Assembly: GCF_006345805.1 (NCBI RefSeq)
Contig: NC_043023.1
Coordinates: 7,316,001-7,380,000 of the forward strand
Direction of reading: 5' to 3'
Origin: Octopus sinensis
Lineage: Eukaryota
DNA: 64,000 nucleotides
Position 1 is the first letter of the stretch. Each line of letters starts with the position of its first letter. The notes under the pieces are model-generated. The model saw only the letters and a program-made list of their open reading frames with translations, was not told the DNA's origin and searched no databases. Both the position numbers and the translations under genes were made by a program. Below are positions 52,286 to 64,000 of the stretch, in pieces.

Positions 52286-52433
52286 AAAAGCAATAAAGAT
52301 TCAAGTTAATTTAAATGAATTTACTTGAATATGGTACCTAACTTAGATGCACCAAAAAAAAACTATACTGATTTAACAATACAGTAATGTGGGGTGATTA
52401 TAAGCGAGAATGAAGCAACAAGAATGGATAGGT

Positions 52434-52524
52434 TTTTAGTACAATCGTTTCATACAAGGACAGGTTTTATTAAAAGTTGCAAAAATTACAGCATATAAAC
52501 GTGTCCCGTACTCATCAGCTAAAA
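52434..52524 (-). ncRNA. Type I hammerhead ribozyme motif, duplicate copy
   Basis: Same motif as 1535-1624; the only change seen is a 1-nt insertion in the helix II loop. Confidence 0.85.
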
Positions 52525-55500
52525 TACATGTGAGTTCTCTAGACATCCTAGTGGTTGAGGCTATACTCATGAAGTAATGTAGATAATTAAGGAACATAAA
52601 CAGATTTCAAAAGTTCATTAAAGTTCTTTAAAGATGATGTACAGTCTTATCACAGAATTTTAAAAAAGTCTTAATAGCATCACAGAGAAGGTGACCTAAT
52701 TCAACAGCAATAAATTAGCTGTTTTAACTGGTCAAAGAATAATATTCTCCTCTAATTCCTAGATGCCTGTAAATTAAAACCAGACTTGTCGTCTACTAAT
52801 TCTTCTGTATAACTAGAACCCTCTTTTTTTCTTTTTCTTTCTTCTTTTTCCTTCTTTTTCTTTTTTTCCCTTCCTTCCCTATTTCTTTCTCTTTTCTCTT
52901 TTTTCTTTTTCTTCTTCCTATTCTCTTTTTCCTTTCCTCTTCTCTTTGAGTCCCCCTTCTCCCCCTTTTTGCTCCCTCCTCTTTTATTTTCTCTCTTTTA
53001 TTTTCTCTCTTTTCTTCTATGCCCTTCCCTTTTCTATTCTATACAGCTCTAGTAAGCCCTTCAGCCTTTAAAAGTTAAATAGCTACAGCCTCTTGTAATC
53101 TTTACATCCAACCTAACATGGATGTCTTGTCAGAACACCGAATTCTGCGTTATTAGCTTTCAGAGATGCTCTTTTTGGTGCATAAAAACTCACGCATAAA
53201 TCGTACCAGACGAAACGTGTCTGTCATAGGCGCCGGAATTCTTATATCACGTAATTTCGGTTTGCTGGACCTCATCAGTGGCAAGTACCAGGTGACCACA
53301 TGGCAGTCAAATCTCGCTGCTACTTTATAAGTTGGATATAAAGAATACTGTTAAAGTTTATTTTGTACTATCGAATACATTCTCTCTCTCTCTCACTTAT
53401 AGACAAACTTAGTATATTGAGCAAGGTATCTTTTTAAAAAAGCACCCAGGGTGACACATCTGCACTGAAGGATGCAACACAACTAGTTGTACAGTATCCC
53501 ACTCGCAATGTAAGATGACTAGAAACGATCGGTGTGATTAGAAAAGGATCTCATGAATTCCTATTCCTCTCATTTGTTATATGTACTCGACGGACACTAA
53601 GGAATTCCTAAGGTAGATCCAGTTACATTTAAGTTGAGACTGTGGATGACATCGGCATGCTAATAGTTGTATACCCAAAGTTTAAATAATTACTTTTATA
53701 TAATAATAATAACTATGACCCCCTTCGGTCATGAATGACCATGGGATTGCACCTAGAAAGTTACCCTCCGAGGCACAAGTTGGGCAAGGTTGTTTATGGA
53801 AGACCAGCAGTCGCCCATGCATACTTGCCTCCCCTCTCCATGCCACCGATGTTGTCCAAGGGAAACGCAAAGGGGCCGATACAGCTTCGTACCAGTGACG
53901 TCGCAGCTCACTTATTAACGTGCAAGTGGCCGAGCACTCCACAGACACGTGTACCCTTAACGTAGTTCTCGGGGAGATTCAGCACGACACAGAGTGTGTC
54001 AAGGCTGGCCCTTTGAAAGACAGGTGAAACAGGAAGGAAGAGTGAGAGAAAGTTGTGGTGAAAGAGACTCGTGGAGCTTTAGATGTTTTCGCTCAATAAA
54101 CACTCACAATGCCCTGTCAGGGAATCGAAGCTGCGAGTCCACTGACCTAACCACTGGGCCATTGCGCCTTCACTTATAATAATAATAATAATATGCTGTA
54201 TAAAATTGTAAAATAAGAGAAAATAAATTCTGAAGATGAACAAGTTTCCATATTCTATATCGTTATAATTATTGTTAATGTATATATGTTCTTTTATTCT
54301 TTTACTCGTGTGAGAATGTGTGTCTGTTTCTGAGAATGTATTGGAGAACGTGTATAAATGCGTCTATGTATTTACACCCGCATCTAATTATGCAAGTGCT
54401 ATTCATTAACTATGCCTTCCTTACACTTGTTACTTCCTTTTCCCCCAGACACATATCACCATCACTGACTCACATCACCACCACCACCCTGCCAAACACA
54501 CATCATACTTAACCTACTTGTTTTCATGTTTTCATTATAGGTATGCACACAAACTAACATGTATTTATATACAAAGATCTTTAAATGTTTTAGGTCACAG
54601 TTTGGATTATAACCATATCTATAAACTATTCGCACACACACGTACATACATACATACATACATATTCTTTTACTTGTTTCAGTCATCTGACTGCGTCCAT
54701 GCTGGAGCACCGCCTTAAAGTCTTTCTTTTAGTCGAAGAAATCGCCCCCAGGTCTTATTCTTTGTAAGCTTAGTACTTATTCTATCGGTGACTTTGCCGA
54801 ACCGCTAAGTTACGAGGATGCAATCACGCCAGCATTGGTTGTCAAGCGACGATGGGGGACAAATAGACACAAAGACACACTCATACATATATGTACACAC
54901 AAACACATACACACACACACACACATATATATACACGCATAGAAACTAAGTTGTCGCCATTTTATAATTTTAATTTCGCGCATGCGCACGTTTCTTTTTG
55001 ATTTTGTCGACTACAAAGTATAGTAGGGTCAGCTGGGCACCGTCTGTGAGAAAAACAGTACCATAACGCAATACACTGCTAGCAATTTGGAAACAACATG
55101 CTGCACTGCTTTGCATTCACGCCGGCGACTCCAATATGAACAGATCGTGAACTCACAGAACAACCATTGGCTTGCCATGTCTCCAAAACAAGTACCGAAA
55201 GTGATAAATGTCAAACATCCAGTTAACATCGTGGTGTTTGGAGTGATCACTAGTGATGGCGAAGTTATGCCCCCGTTCATCTTCCCACACGGCCTCAGAC
55301 TCAACATCGAGGTCTACATCAAGTGCCTGGAGGTCTACATCAAGTGCCCTGGGTCAAGTGGGTAGCTGCTGGAAGACCCTATGTCAGACAGCAGGACTAT
55401 GCACCATGCCATACAAGCAGGAGAACCCAGTCATGGCTGTCAGACAACTTCTGTGACCACATCACCCCTGAAATATGGCCACCTAACTCGCTAGATTATT

Positions 55501-56321
55501 ATGTGTGGGGTACAGTTGAGCGAGAGACCAACAAAATTGTAACACCAAAGATGAAATGAAGGCAAAGATTATGGCAGCATTCACCAACATAAACAATGAG
55601 ACTGTCCAGAAGAGTTGCAGGACATTCTGTAATCGTCTGGAGGCTGTGGTTGAGGAATAGAGGAATATCATTACTTTCCATCACTGGAAGAGTTTTTACT
55701 GGGATCCTTTTAATTTGGCTCCAGAACATCACCGTAAAAATCCTTCCAGAATCTCTTAAAGGATCTAATTTGCCATCACCATATAGGAAGTGATCAACAT
55801 GAAGAAATTGAACTTTTCGGTACAAGATAAAGCTGACGACGATGATAGTGTGGATGTGTAATAAGCTAGCTTTCCAACCACATACTACCGGGTTCAGTCC
55901 TCCTGCGTGCCACCTTGCGTAAATGTTTTCTACTATATCCTATATAATTATATATACATGTGTCTTTATGTCTGTATGTCACCCCCCCCCATACACACAC
56001 ACCGCCGACCGCTTAACAACTGATGCTAGTGTGTTTACGTCCCTGTTACTTAGTGGTTCGGCAAAAGAGACGATCAAGTACCAGGTTTAAAAGGAAAACA
56101 TATACTAGGGGCGATTTGTTCGACTAAATTTCTCCGAGGTGGTGCACCAGCATGGTCGCAATCTAGCAACTGAAACAAGTGAGAGATATATGTATTACAT
56201 TATATATAATAAGTGTATGTGAATACAGTATATCTATTTGTATGATTATTGCTTTACTTATAATTTCTTAAAACGTAAACTCTTTTTCATCCATGTTTGT
56301 TTGTACATGTGCATGTGTGTG

Positions 56322-56356
<35 letters not shown>

Positions 56357-59300
56357 ATATATATACTAGTTGAAGGTGACCCGCTCTTCGCACGGGTAAG
56401 AGTGTGGTTGTTACTTTCTGTTGCTTCCTTTCAGCATGTAAAAAGCATCATCCGAACGTGGCGGATTGCAGCGCCACCGTGACTGGCTTCTGTGCTGGTG
56501 GCACGTAAAAAGCACCAACCGATCGTGGCCGCTGCCAGTTCCCCTGGCACCTGTGCCGGTGGCACGGAAAAAGCACCCACTACGCTCACAGAGTGGTTGG
56601 CATTAGGAAGGTCATCCACCTGTAGAAACACTGCCAGATCAGACTGGAGCCTGGTGCAGCCTCCTGGCTTCCGAGACCCCGGTCACACTGCCCAACCCGT
56701 GCTAGCACGGAAAACGGACGTTAAATGATGATGATGATGATGATTCTCCTTCTTTGTTTCTCTCTCACTTTCCCACTCTCTTACTCTTCCTTTCTCTCGG
56801 ACTCTCCCTCGCTTTCTCTTACTCTCTATCTTTATCTATCTCTCTCCCATTTATAAACAACAGAAGATCTTGAGTAAGTTGAGAAATAAAATATTTAGAA
56901 AGATCAATCAGAAATATGAGGCAGTGGCAATGGAAAGGTCTGCTTCAAGGCAGACAGCAAAACGCTAACATTTAAAAGGACAGACGAACTTGCGAGCTGA
57001 ATAAAAATAATAAAATATTGGAAACCAAAGTTTGAAGGGATAGAATGTGAGGATAGTAGAGTCACCATGGCTGGCATTTGTTAACGACGGACAGCAACGT
57101 AGTGACAGTTTAACGGCTGGCGTAAAATTTTGAACTTGATGTAAAAGAAAATTCGTAAACACCAAGTTTTGAAGTGATTCTTTCTCACGACAGAAGACTC
57201 AAGATGGGAAGCATTCAAAACTTCTTCATCATGGACGGCAACACATTGACGATTAAAAGGCTGGCACAAATTTTTTAGCTTGATGTAACAGAGAATTGCT
57301 AAACACCCGCTCCTTTAAATTTTAATCCCCTTCCAGCCCCATTTATACCCCTTTTCACATTTTGGTTAATATAACCCGATTTCATTTGGGTCTACTGGGG
57401 CCACATTTTATAAGATGAGGACTCAAGCAAGTTTCCTGAGTTCTGGTCATAGACCATAGAACACTCAACCAAGTTTCCCGAGTTCTGGTCATAGACCATA
57501 GAACACTCAACCAAGTTTCCCGAGTTCTGGTCATAGACCATAGAACACTCAACCAAGTTTCCCGAGTTCTGGTCATAGACCATAGAACAGTGAAGCAAGT
57601 TTCCCGAGTTCTGGTCATAGACCATAGAACACTCAACCAAGTTTCTCGTGTTCTGGTCATATACCATAGAACAGTCAAGCAAGTTTCCCGAGTTCTGGTC
57701 ATAGACCATAGAACACTCAACCAAGTTTCCCGAGTTCTGGTCATGGAGCATAGAATACTTAGCTAAAATCTAGTTTCTACCTAGTCTGAACCAATCAATC
57801 CACCGCAGTCTTCATCCACACAGAGCTTACTCAACCATGTTCCAGTTCCAGCGACAGACGACCAGACCATCCAGTCATGTTCCTGCTCCAGCCAATGACA
57901 ACGCTAACATACACCAGCAACGCCACCGACGCCTTCATCTCAACGTCGCCATCACCATCGTCGTCCTTCACCTTCACGTCGTCTCCATCTCCGTCGACTT
58001 CATCTCCAGCAACACTAATATGTACATAGCACTCATTCAGGTTTAGCTTTCACGCTGTTATGATTTTCACCGAGGTTAACAGCACAGCACTACCTGCGAG
58101 ATCTTCTGTACCAATGTAACCTGGCACAGCATTGAAGCCAAAACCGCTACACGACATGTGTTCAACCGGCATCTGCACTTGTGATCCGAACATCCTGTTA
58201 CAGAACGAACTGCTATTATGTACTTTACTACGAACTGGTAAATTAACTCCATCTTGTCTGAAATACCCTGAGAGACTTTTCCTATGCGCTGTATTTTGTT
58301 TTGCCCGCATACACCTTGTTTGTACTTCTGTCGCACATAGTTAATACACACACAAATGCTATCTCTGTCACATTCATACGCAACACATGCCTTTCTCGCT
58401 TGTTTTCCATGCTCAATATGCCCTTGTAAACGCAACACATCTCTGTAAGACCCTAGGTCGTTCACGCATACATAGAGAAAGTTGTTTGTCCCTTACAACG
58501 CGCCAGCATGCCACACTTTTGTTCCTGCACGGCCGAGGCATATAATAGCTCAAGCATTGGCTGGCAGCCTCAGCCTTACTGCATTAATCACTGGCATATT
58601 CAATACTGTACACTGTATTTCAGCCTAGCAAGCCCTATTGCACTCATGCACCTCTCTTCTGCACGTGTTGCAACACTTCTGCGTCAGCTCACTTCTTCTC
58701 CCGACTCAAAGCACGTCGGATGTTCACATGCGCTGCGCTCATGTTTAGGCATAATTTCCCCCTGTTAGACCCCTGTTGGTTACGTAATTAACAGAGAAAA
58801 TTATCTGTCTCGCACCCAAGTTGCACCCAAAAAGTGTAAAGAAGCAACCAGTTCCCTTTACGTAACTATCAAAAAGTATTAAAAAGTTTAATATACATAA
58901 ATACAGATATATACACTTTGTATATATACATATTTATATATAGAACACACACACACACATATATAAACGCTCGTTGGTGTGTTCTGTTTCTATTTGGTCG
59001 ATGGGCGCGTTGACAGGTAGACAATAGAAGGCGATGGCGATGGAATATTTGTTTCTCTGTATGAATGCAGACAGATACATGAGTAAAAGTTATGGGAAGC
59101 TAAGAGATAGAGTGAGTGAAAATGTTCTTACTATAATAACGGGAGTGGAAATCTCAAAGTTATATATGAAGGAGAGTGAGAGGGGAATGTAGGAAATAGC
59201 GTGAGTGAGGAAGATAGGGTTTTCTAAGGTAGCCCACGGGCATCGTCTCCTCATTCTACATGTCCCTGTAAATTTTGGAGCGAATCGGACGGGACGTAGT

Positions 59301-60583
59301 GGCATTGAAAGCGAGCCAAACGGTAAAAACGCATTTCAGTTTTATATATAGAGACTAGCTGAAGGTGACCCGCTCTACGCGCGGGTAAGAGTGTGGGTGT
59401 TACTTTCTGTTGCTTCCTTTCAGCACGTAAAAAGCACCATCCGAACGTGGCCGATTGCAGCACCGCCTTGACTTGCTTCTGTGCCGGTGGCACGTAAAAA
59501 GCACCAACCGATCGTTGCCACTGCGAGCCCCCCTGGCACCAGTGCCGGCGGCACGAAAAAAGCACTCACTACACTCACAGAGTGGTTGGCGTTAGGAAGG
59601 TCATCCACCTGTAGAAACACTGCCAGATCAGACTGGAGCCTGGTGCAGCCTCCTGGCTTCCGAGACCCCGGTCACACTGCCCAACCAGTGCTAGCACGGA
59701 AAACGGACGTTAAACGATGATGATGATGATGATTCTCCATATTTGTTTCTCTCTCACTTTCCCACTCTCTTACTTTTCTTTTCTCTCGGACTCTCCTCGC
59801 TTTCTCTTACTCTCTATCTTTATCTATCTCTCTCCCATTTATAAACAACAGAAGATCTTGAGTAAGTTGAGAAATAAAATATTTAGAAAGATCAATCAGA
59901 AATATGAGGCAGTGGCAATGGAAAGGTCTGCTTCAAGGCAGACAGCAAATCGCTAACATTTAAAAGGGACAGACGAACTTGCGAGCTGAATAAAAATAAT
60001 AAAATATTGGAAACCAAAGTTGAAGGGATAGAATGTGAGGATAGTAGAGTCACCATGGCTGGCATTTGTTAACGACGGACAGCAACGTAGTGACAGTTTA
60101 ACGGCTGGCGTAAAATTTTGAACTTGATGTAAAAGAAAATTCGTAAACACCAAGTTTTGAAGTGATTCTTTCTCACGACAGTAGACTCACCATGGCAAGC
60201 ATTCAAAACTTCTTTATCATTGACGATTAAAAGGCTGGCGCAAATTTTTTAGCTTGATGTAACAGAGAATTGCTAAACACCCGCTCCTTTAAATTTTAAT
60301 CCCCTTCCAGCCCCATTTATACCCCTTTTCACATTTTGGTTAATATAACCCGATTTCATTCGGGTCTACTTTTATAAGATGAGGAATTTTGTCCTAGAGG
60401 TGACGCCTTTCATTTGAGGAACAAGTGGACCAATATTGAGCCACAACAGGTCTCGAAACTACGGTAAGCAACCGCCGACTTCATTTTCCCTCGTAGAAGA
60501 AGCGCGCGGTGCATGCTGGGATATATGACTGCGCGAGGCGTGCCGTTTCATTTCCATTTGTGTGTTTATGTAGAGACCCCAAA

Positions 60584-61717
60584 ATGGCTCCTATTAAGAG
60601 ACACGCCTACGACGCAGAGTTTAAACTCAAGGCGATCAGTCACGCAGTAGAACACGGGAATAGAGCAGCAGCGAGAGAATTTAACATTAACGAATCAATG
60701 GTGCGGAAGTGGAGGAAGCAACAAGATGACCTGAGCCAAGTAAAGAAGACTAAAAAGAGTTTCCGAGGGAACAAAGCGAGATGGCCACAGTTGGAGAACA
60801 AACTCGAACAGTGGGTTGTTGAACAGAGAGCAGCAGGTAGAAGTGTCAGTACAATCACTATTCGAATGAAGGCAACAGCGCTAGCAAGTGAACTTAACAT
60901 TAATGAATTTAAAGGCGGTCCTTCTTGGTGCTTTCGGTTTATGAAAAGATGTAATCGCTCCATTCGCACACGAACTACTGTTTCACAGCAACTGCCAAAA
61001 GACTACCAAGAAAAGCTGGTCACTTTTCGCGCATATTGCAAAAACAAGATTACTGAAAAAAAGATCCGGCCAGAGCACATCATCAACATGGACGAGGTTC
61101 CACTCACCTTTGATATTCCTGTGAACCGCACCGTGGAAAAAACGGGAGCACGTACGGTAAATGTTCGCACCACAGGAAATGAGAAGTCATCCTTCACTGT
61201 AGTTCTTGCTTGCCAAGCTAATGGCCAGAAACTTCCACCCATGTTTATTTTCAAGAGGAAGACCTTGCCAGAAGAAAACTTTCCAGCCGGCGTCGTCATC
61301 AAAGCTAACTCAAAGGGATGGATGGATGACGAAAAGATGAGCGGGTGGTTGAGAGAAATTTACGTGAAGAGACCGGGTGGCTTTTTTCACACAGCTCCGT
61401 CCCTTTCGATCTACGACTCCATGTGCTCCCATATCACAAATGGTGTCAAAAAACATGTGAAGCACACGAATTCAATACTCGCCGTCATTCCAGGTGGATT
61501 GACAAAAGAACTCCAGCCGCTAGATATTGGTGTCAACAGGGCATTCAAAGCTAGACTGCGAACTGCGTGGGAACAGTGGATGACAGAAGGCGAACACACT
61601 TTTACCAAGGCAGGGAGACAGCGCCGAACGACATACGCCACTATCTGCCAATGGATCGTAAATGCCTGGGCTGATATATCAGTCTCAACCGTGGTCCGAG
61701 CTTTCAGGAAGGTATGA
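60584..61717 (+). CDS. pogo/Passer DD35D transposase, copy 2 (377 aa open, catalytic triad intact, probably truncated by a premature TGA)
   Basis: Uninterrupted ORF with the same domains as copy 1. The frame continues after the TGA for 51 acidic codons to TAA at 61871-61873. Confidence 0.85.
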   Translation: MAPIKRHAYDAEFKLKAISHAVEHGNRAAAREFNINESMVRKWRKQQDDLSQVKKTKKSFRGNKARWPQLENKLEQWVVEQRAAGRSVSTITIRMKATALASELNINEFKGGPSWCFRFMKRCNRSIRTRTTVSQQLPKDYQEKLVTFRAYCKNKITEKKIRPEHIINMDEVPLTFDIPVNRTVEKTGARTVNVRTTGNEKSSFTVVLACQANGQKLPPMFIFKRKTLPEENFPAGVVIKANSKGWMDDEKMSGWLREIYVKRPGGFFHTAPSLSIYDSMCSHITNGVKKHVKHTNSILAVIPGGLTKELQPLDIGVNRAFKARLRTAWEQWMTEGEHTFTKAGRQRRTTYATICQWIVNAWADISVSTVVRAFRKV

Positions 61718-62148
61718 ATTGTCACTGAACTGCTAGACAACATCAGCGACACTGACTCAATTAATGACGACTTCGACGACACAGAGCCGGGCGTGTTCGA
61801 TCCCGTATTCGCCCAACTGTTTAATTCGGACACTGAAGAAGAAGAATTCGAGGGATTCGTGAATGAGGAATAACTTAATAAAGTGAGCTTTATATGTTTA
61901 TTTTGTGTGTTGTGTTGTGTGACATTAACGTTTGAGCAATGTTAAGTTACTCTTTTACTTGTTTCAGTCATTTGACTGCGGCCATGCTGGAGCACCACCT
62001 TTAGTCGAGCAAATCGACCCCGGGACTTATTCTTTGTAAGCCCAGTACTTATTCTACCGGTCTCTTTGGCCGAACCACTAAGTGACGGGGACGTAAACAC
62101 ACCTGCATCAGGTGTCAAGCAATGCTAGGGGGACAAACACACACACAC

Positions 62149-62249
<101 letters not shown>

Positions 62250-64000
62250 TCTTTATCACTACTGTCCCCAATCAAAATCTTCCAGCCCGCCATTCGCTAA
62301 CCGCGTGTTCTTTCCTCCTCAAAATTCTTAAAATTTTTTTTAAATGCCTCGGTATGAAGATATTTCGTTCGTCCTCCGCCATTACTTTCAATCGTCTTTC
62401 CAACCCACTTCCGGTGAACCTATATAAATAATCACCTCGTGTGCTTCTCTTTCATTCACCCTCACAGCGATGATCATAGCAAGCAAGCTAAGAATTCTCA
62501 TTTCATTTCTTCCGACTCTTGTACTACACACATACATTTGCCGCTAACCCTTAAATGTTCGAATCTATTCACTAATTCTGCTTGTTCTTAAAATATAACC
62601 CTTTAATTTGTTTAATCCCTCGGTACCAAGTTAATTTGTTCGTTACTCTGTTCATTTCTTCAAACCCCGATTGTTTAAGTCTTTATCACTACTGTCCCCA
62701 ATCAAAAGCTTCGCAGCCCGCCATTCGCGGTTCGCCCGCCCTCCCACCCCCACCACCCATACCGGAGAACACTCTGTTTACACCATCCTCACCGGATATC
62801 CCCTCTACCACCGCCACCACTACGTGTGTCTGTTCCTCCTACCCCTCCTCCTCAATATACTTTCTCACTATGTATTTTACCCCTGCCTATCTCCCCCTGG
62901 ACAGAAGCAGCTAGCGCCGCAGCTCATCAAACGTCCCACTTAACCTGTTATCTTATGTTCCTCCTGTTTTGAAATGTGTCACTGCCTCAACCGGCTATCT
63001 CCTTCCAGCCCCCTCCCCACTCGTGATATCCTACGTTTTACTTCCTACTTTTCATTCTGTCTAGAACCTGCCACCAACCCTACCTGTCATCGTTTCTCTT
63101 TACCCCAAACCTTCCCCACTGGTGCTCCCCTATATTACATGCACCCTTCCCCCCACTCTCTCTCCCTCTCTCCTCTCTGCCGGAACCCTTCCCCCCTGCC
63201 GCAATGCAACGAAAAAAGACAATAACCGATCGTGGCCGATGCCAGACCCCTCTGGCACCTGTGCAGGTGGCACGTAAAAAGCACCCACTACACTCGCGGA
63301 GTGGTTGGCGTTAGGAAGGGCATCCAGCTGTAGAAACACTGCCAGATCAGACTGGAGCCTGGGGCAGCCCCTGGCTCCCCAGACCCCGGTCAAACCGTCC
63401 AACCCGTGCTGGCGCGGAAAACGGACGTTAAACGATGATGATGATGATGATATATATATATACGACAGGCTTCTTTCAGTTTCCGTCTACCAAATCCACT
63501 CGCAAGGCATTGGTCAGCCCGAGGCTATAGCAGAAGACACTTGCCCAAGATGACACGCAGTGGGACTGAACCCGGAACCATGTGGTTGGTTAGCAAGCTA
63601 CTTACCACACAGCCACTCCTTGCTTTGCACTATTTCGAGTGTTACTATATTGTGATTGGGATCTTTTCATTTCCAAGGCCTGATTGTCAGATTTTTCTAG
63701 TTAACTAAATAATTTGAAACTTCGTATACTGGTAGAGTGTCTAAAAAGAAAACACTAGTTTCAACTTGTTTTTTTTGAGAAAAATGTATTTTATAAGTTT
63801 AAACGTAGTTTAAATCTGCGAATTTTAACCAATCGTATTGCACTAACGTTTGATTTACTGTAACAGTATCAGACCTGTTTTTTACGTGTTTATTGAATCG
63901 AGGAAAAGTTCCCCTCCACTATGTGATCTAAATGTTGCACTACATGTTATACCTTGCTGTTGTTAAAAAATAAACAAAATACCACGTCACTGACTTTACC

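Noticed and set aside
57382-57751. 120-aa repetitive ORFs
   Set aside because: A by-product of a 42-bp (multiple of 3) minisatellite; not reported in copy 1.

Overview
No host gene, rRNA, tRNA gene or CRISPR array could be supported. The window is AT-rich, repeat-saturated animal DNA. The SINE types, RTE and CR1-like LINEs, mariner remnant and very long (TA)n tracts suggest an octopod cephalopod (inference from recalled repeat families). Layout: (1) 1-13450 is repeated in direct orientation at 50900-64000, across a 100-N gap, so it is either a segmental duplication or an uncollapsed haplotype. It holds a canonical type-I hammerhead ribozyme motif (1535-1624, minus), SINEs, a Tc1/mariner remnant, tandem Helentron-like elements and a DD35D pogo (Passer-type) transposon whose 3' part carries nested insertions. 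(2) 13992-19197 is a Penelope-like retroelement (RT, Cys-rich linker, GIY-YIG) between ~0.75-0.8 kb inverted pseudo-LTRs, each with a variant minimal hammerhead. (3) 19425-21716 is a 5'-truncated CR1-group LINE. (4) Multi-kb (TA)n tracts enclose a ~490-bp satellite, a Tc1-type MITE and a 186-bp palindrome. (5) 29422-48844 is a 130-bp satellite organised as a ~2.15-2.24 kb higher-order repeat: 13 monomers plus one solo LTR (TG...CA, 4-bp GACA target duplication), with 9 LTR copies. The LTR-punctuated satellite, the hammerheads and the nearly intact pogo transposase are the most notable items. All coordinates were read by eye; the edges of degenerate repeats are approximate.
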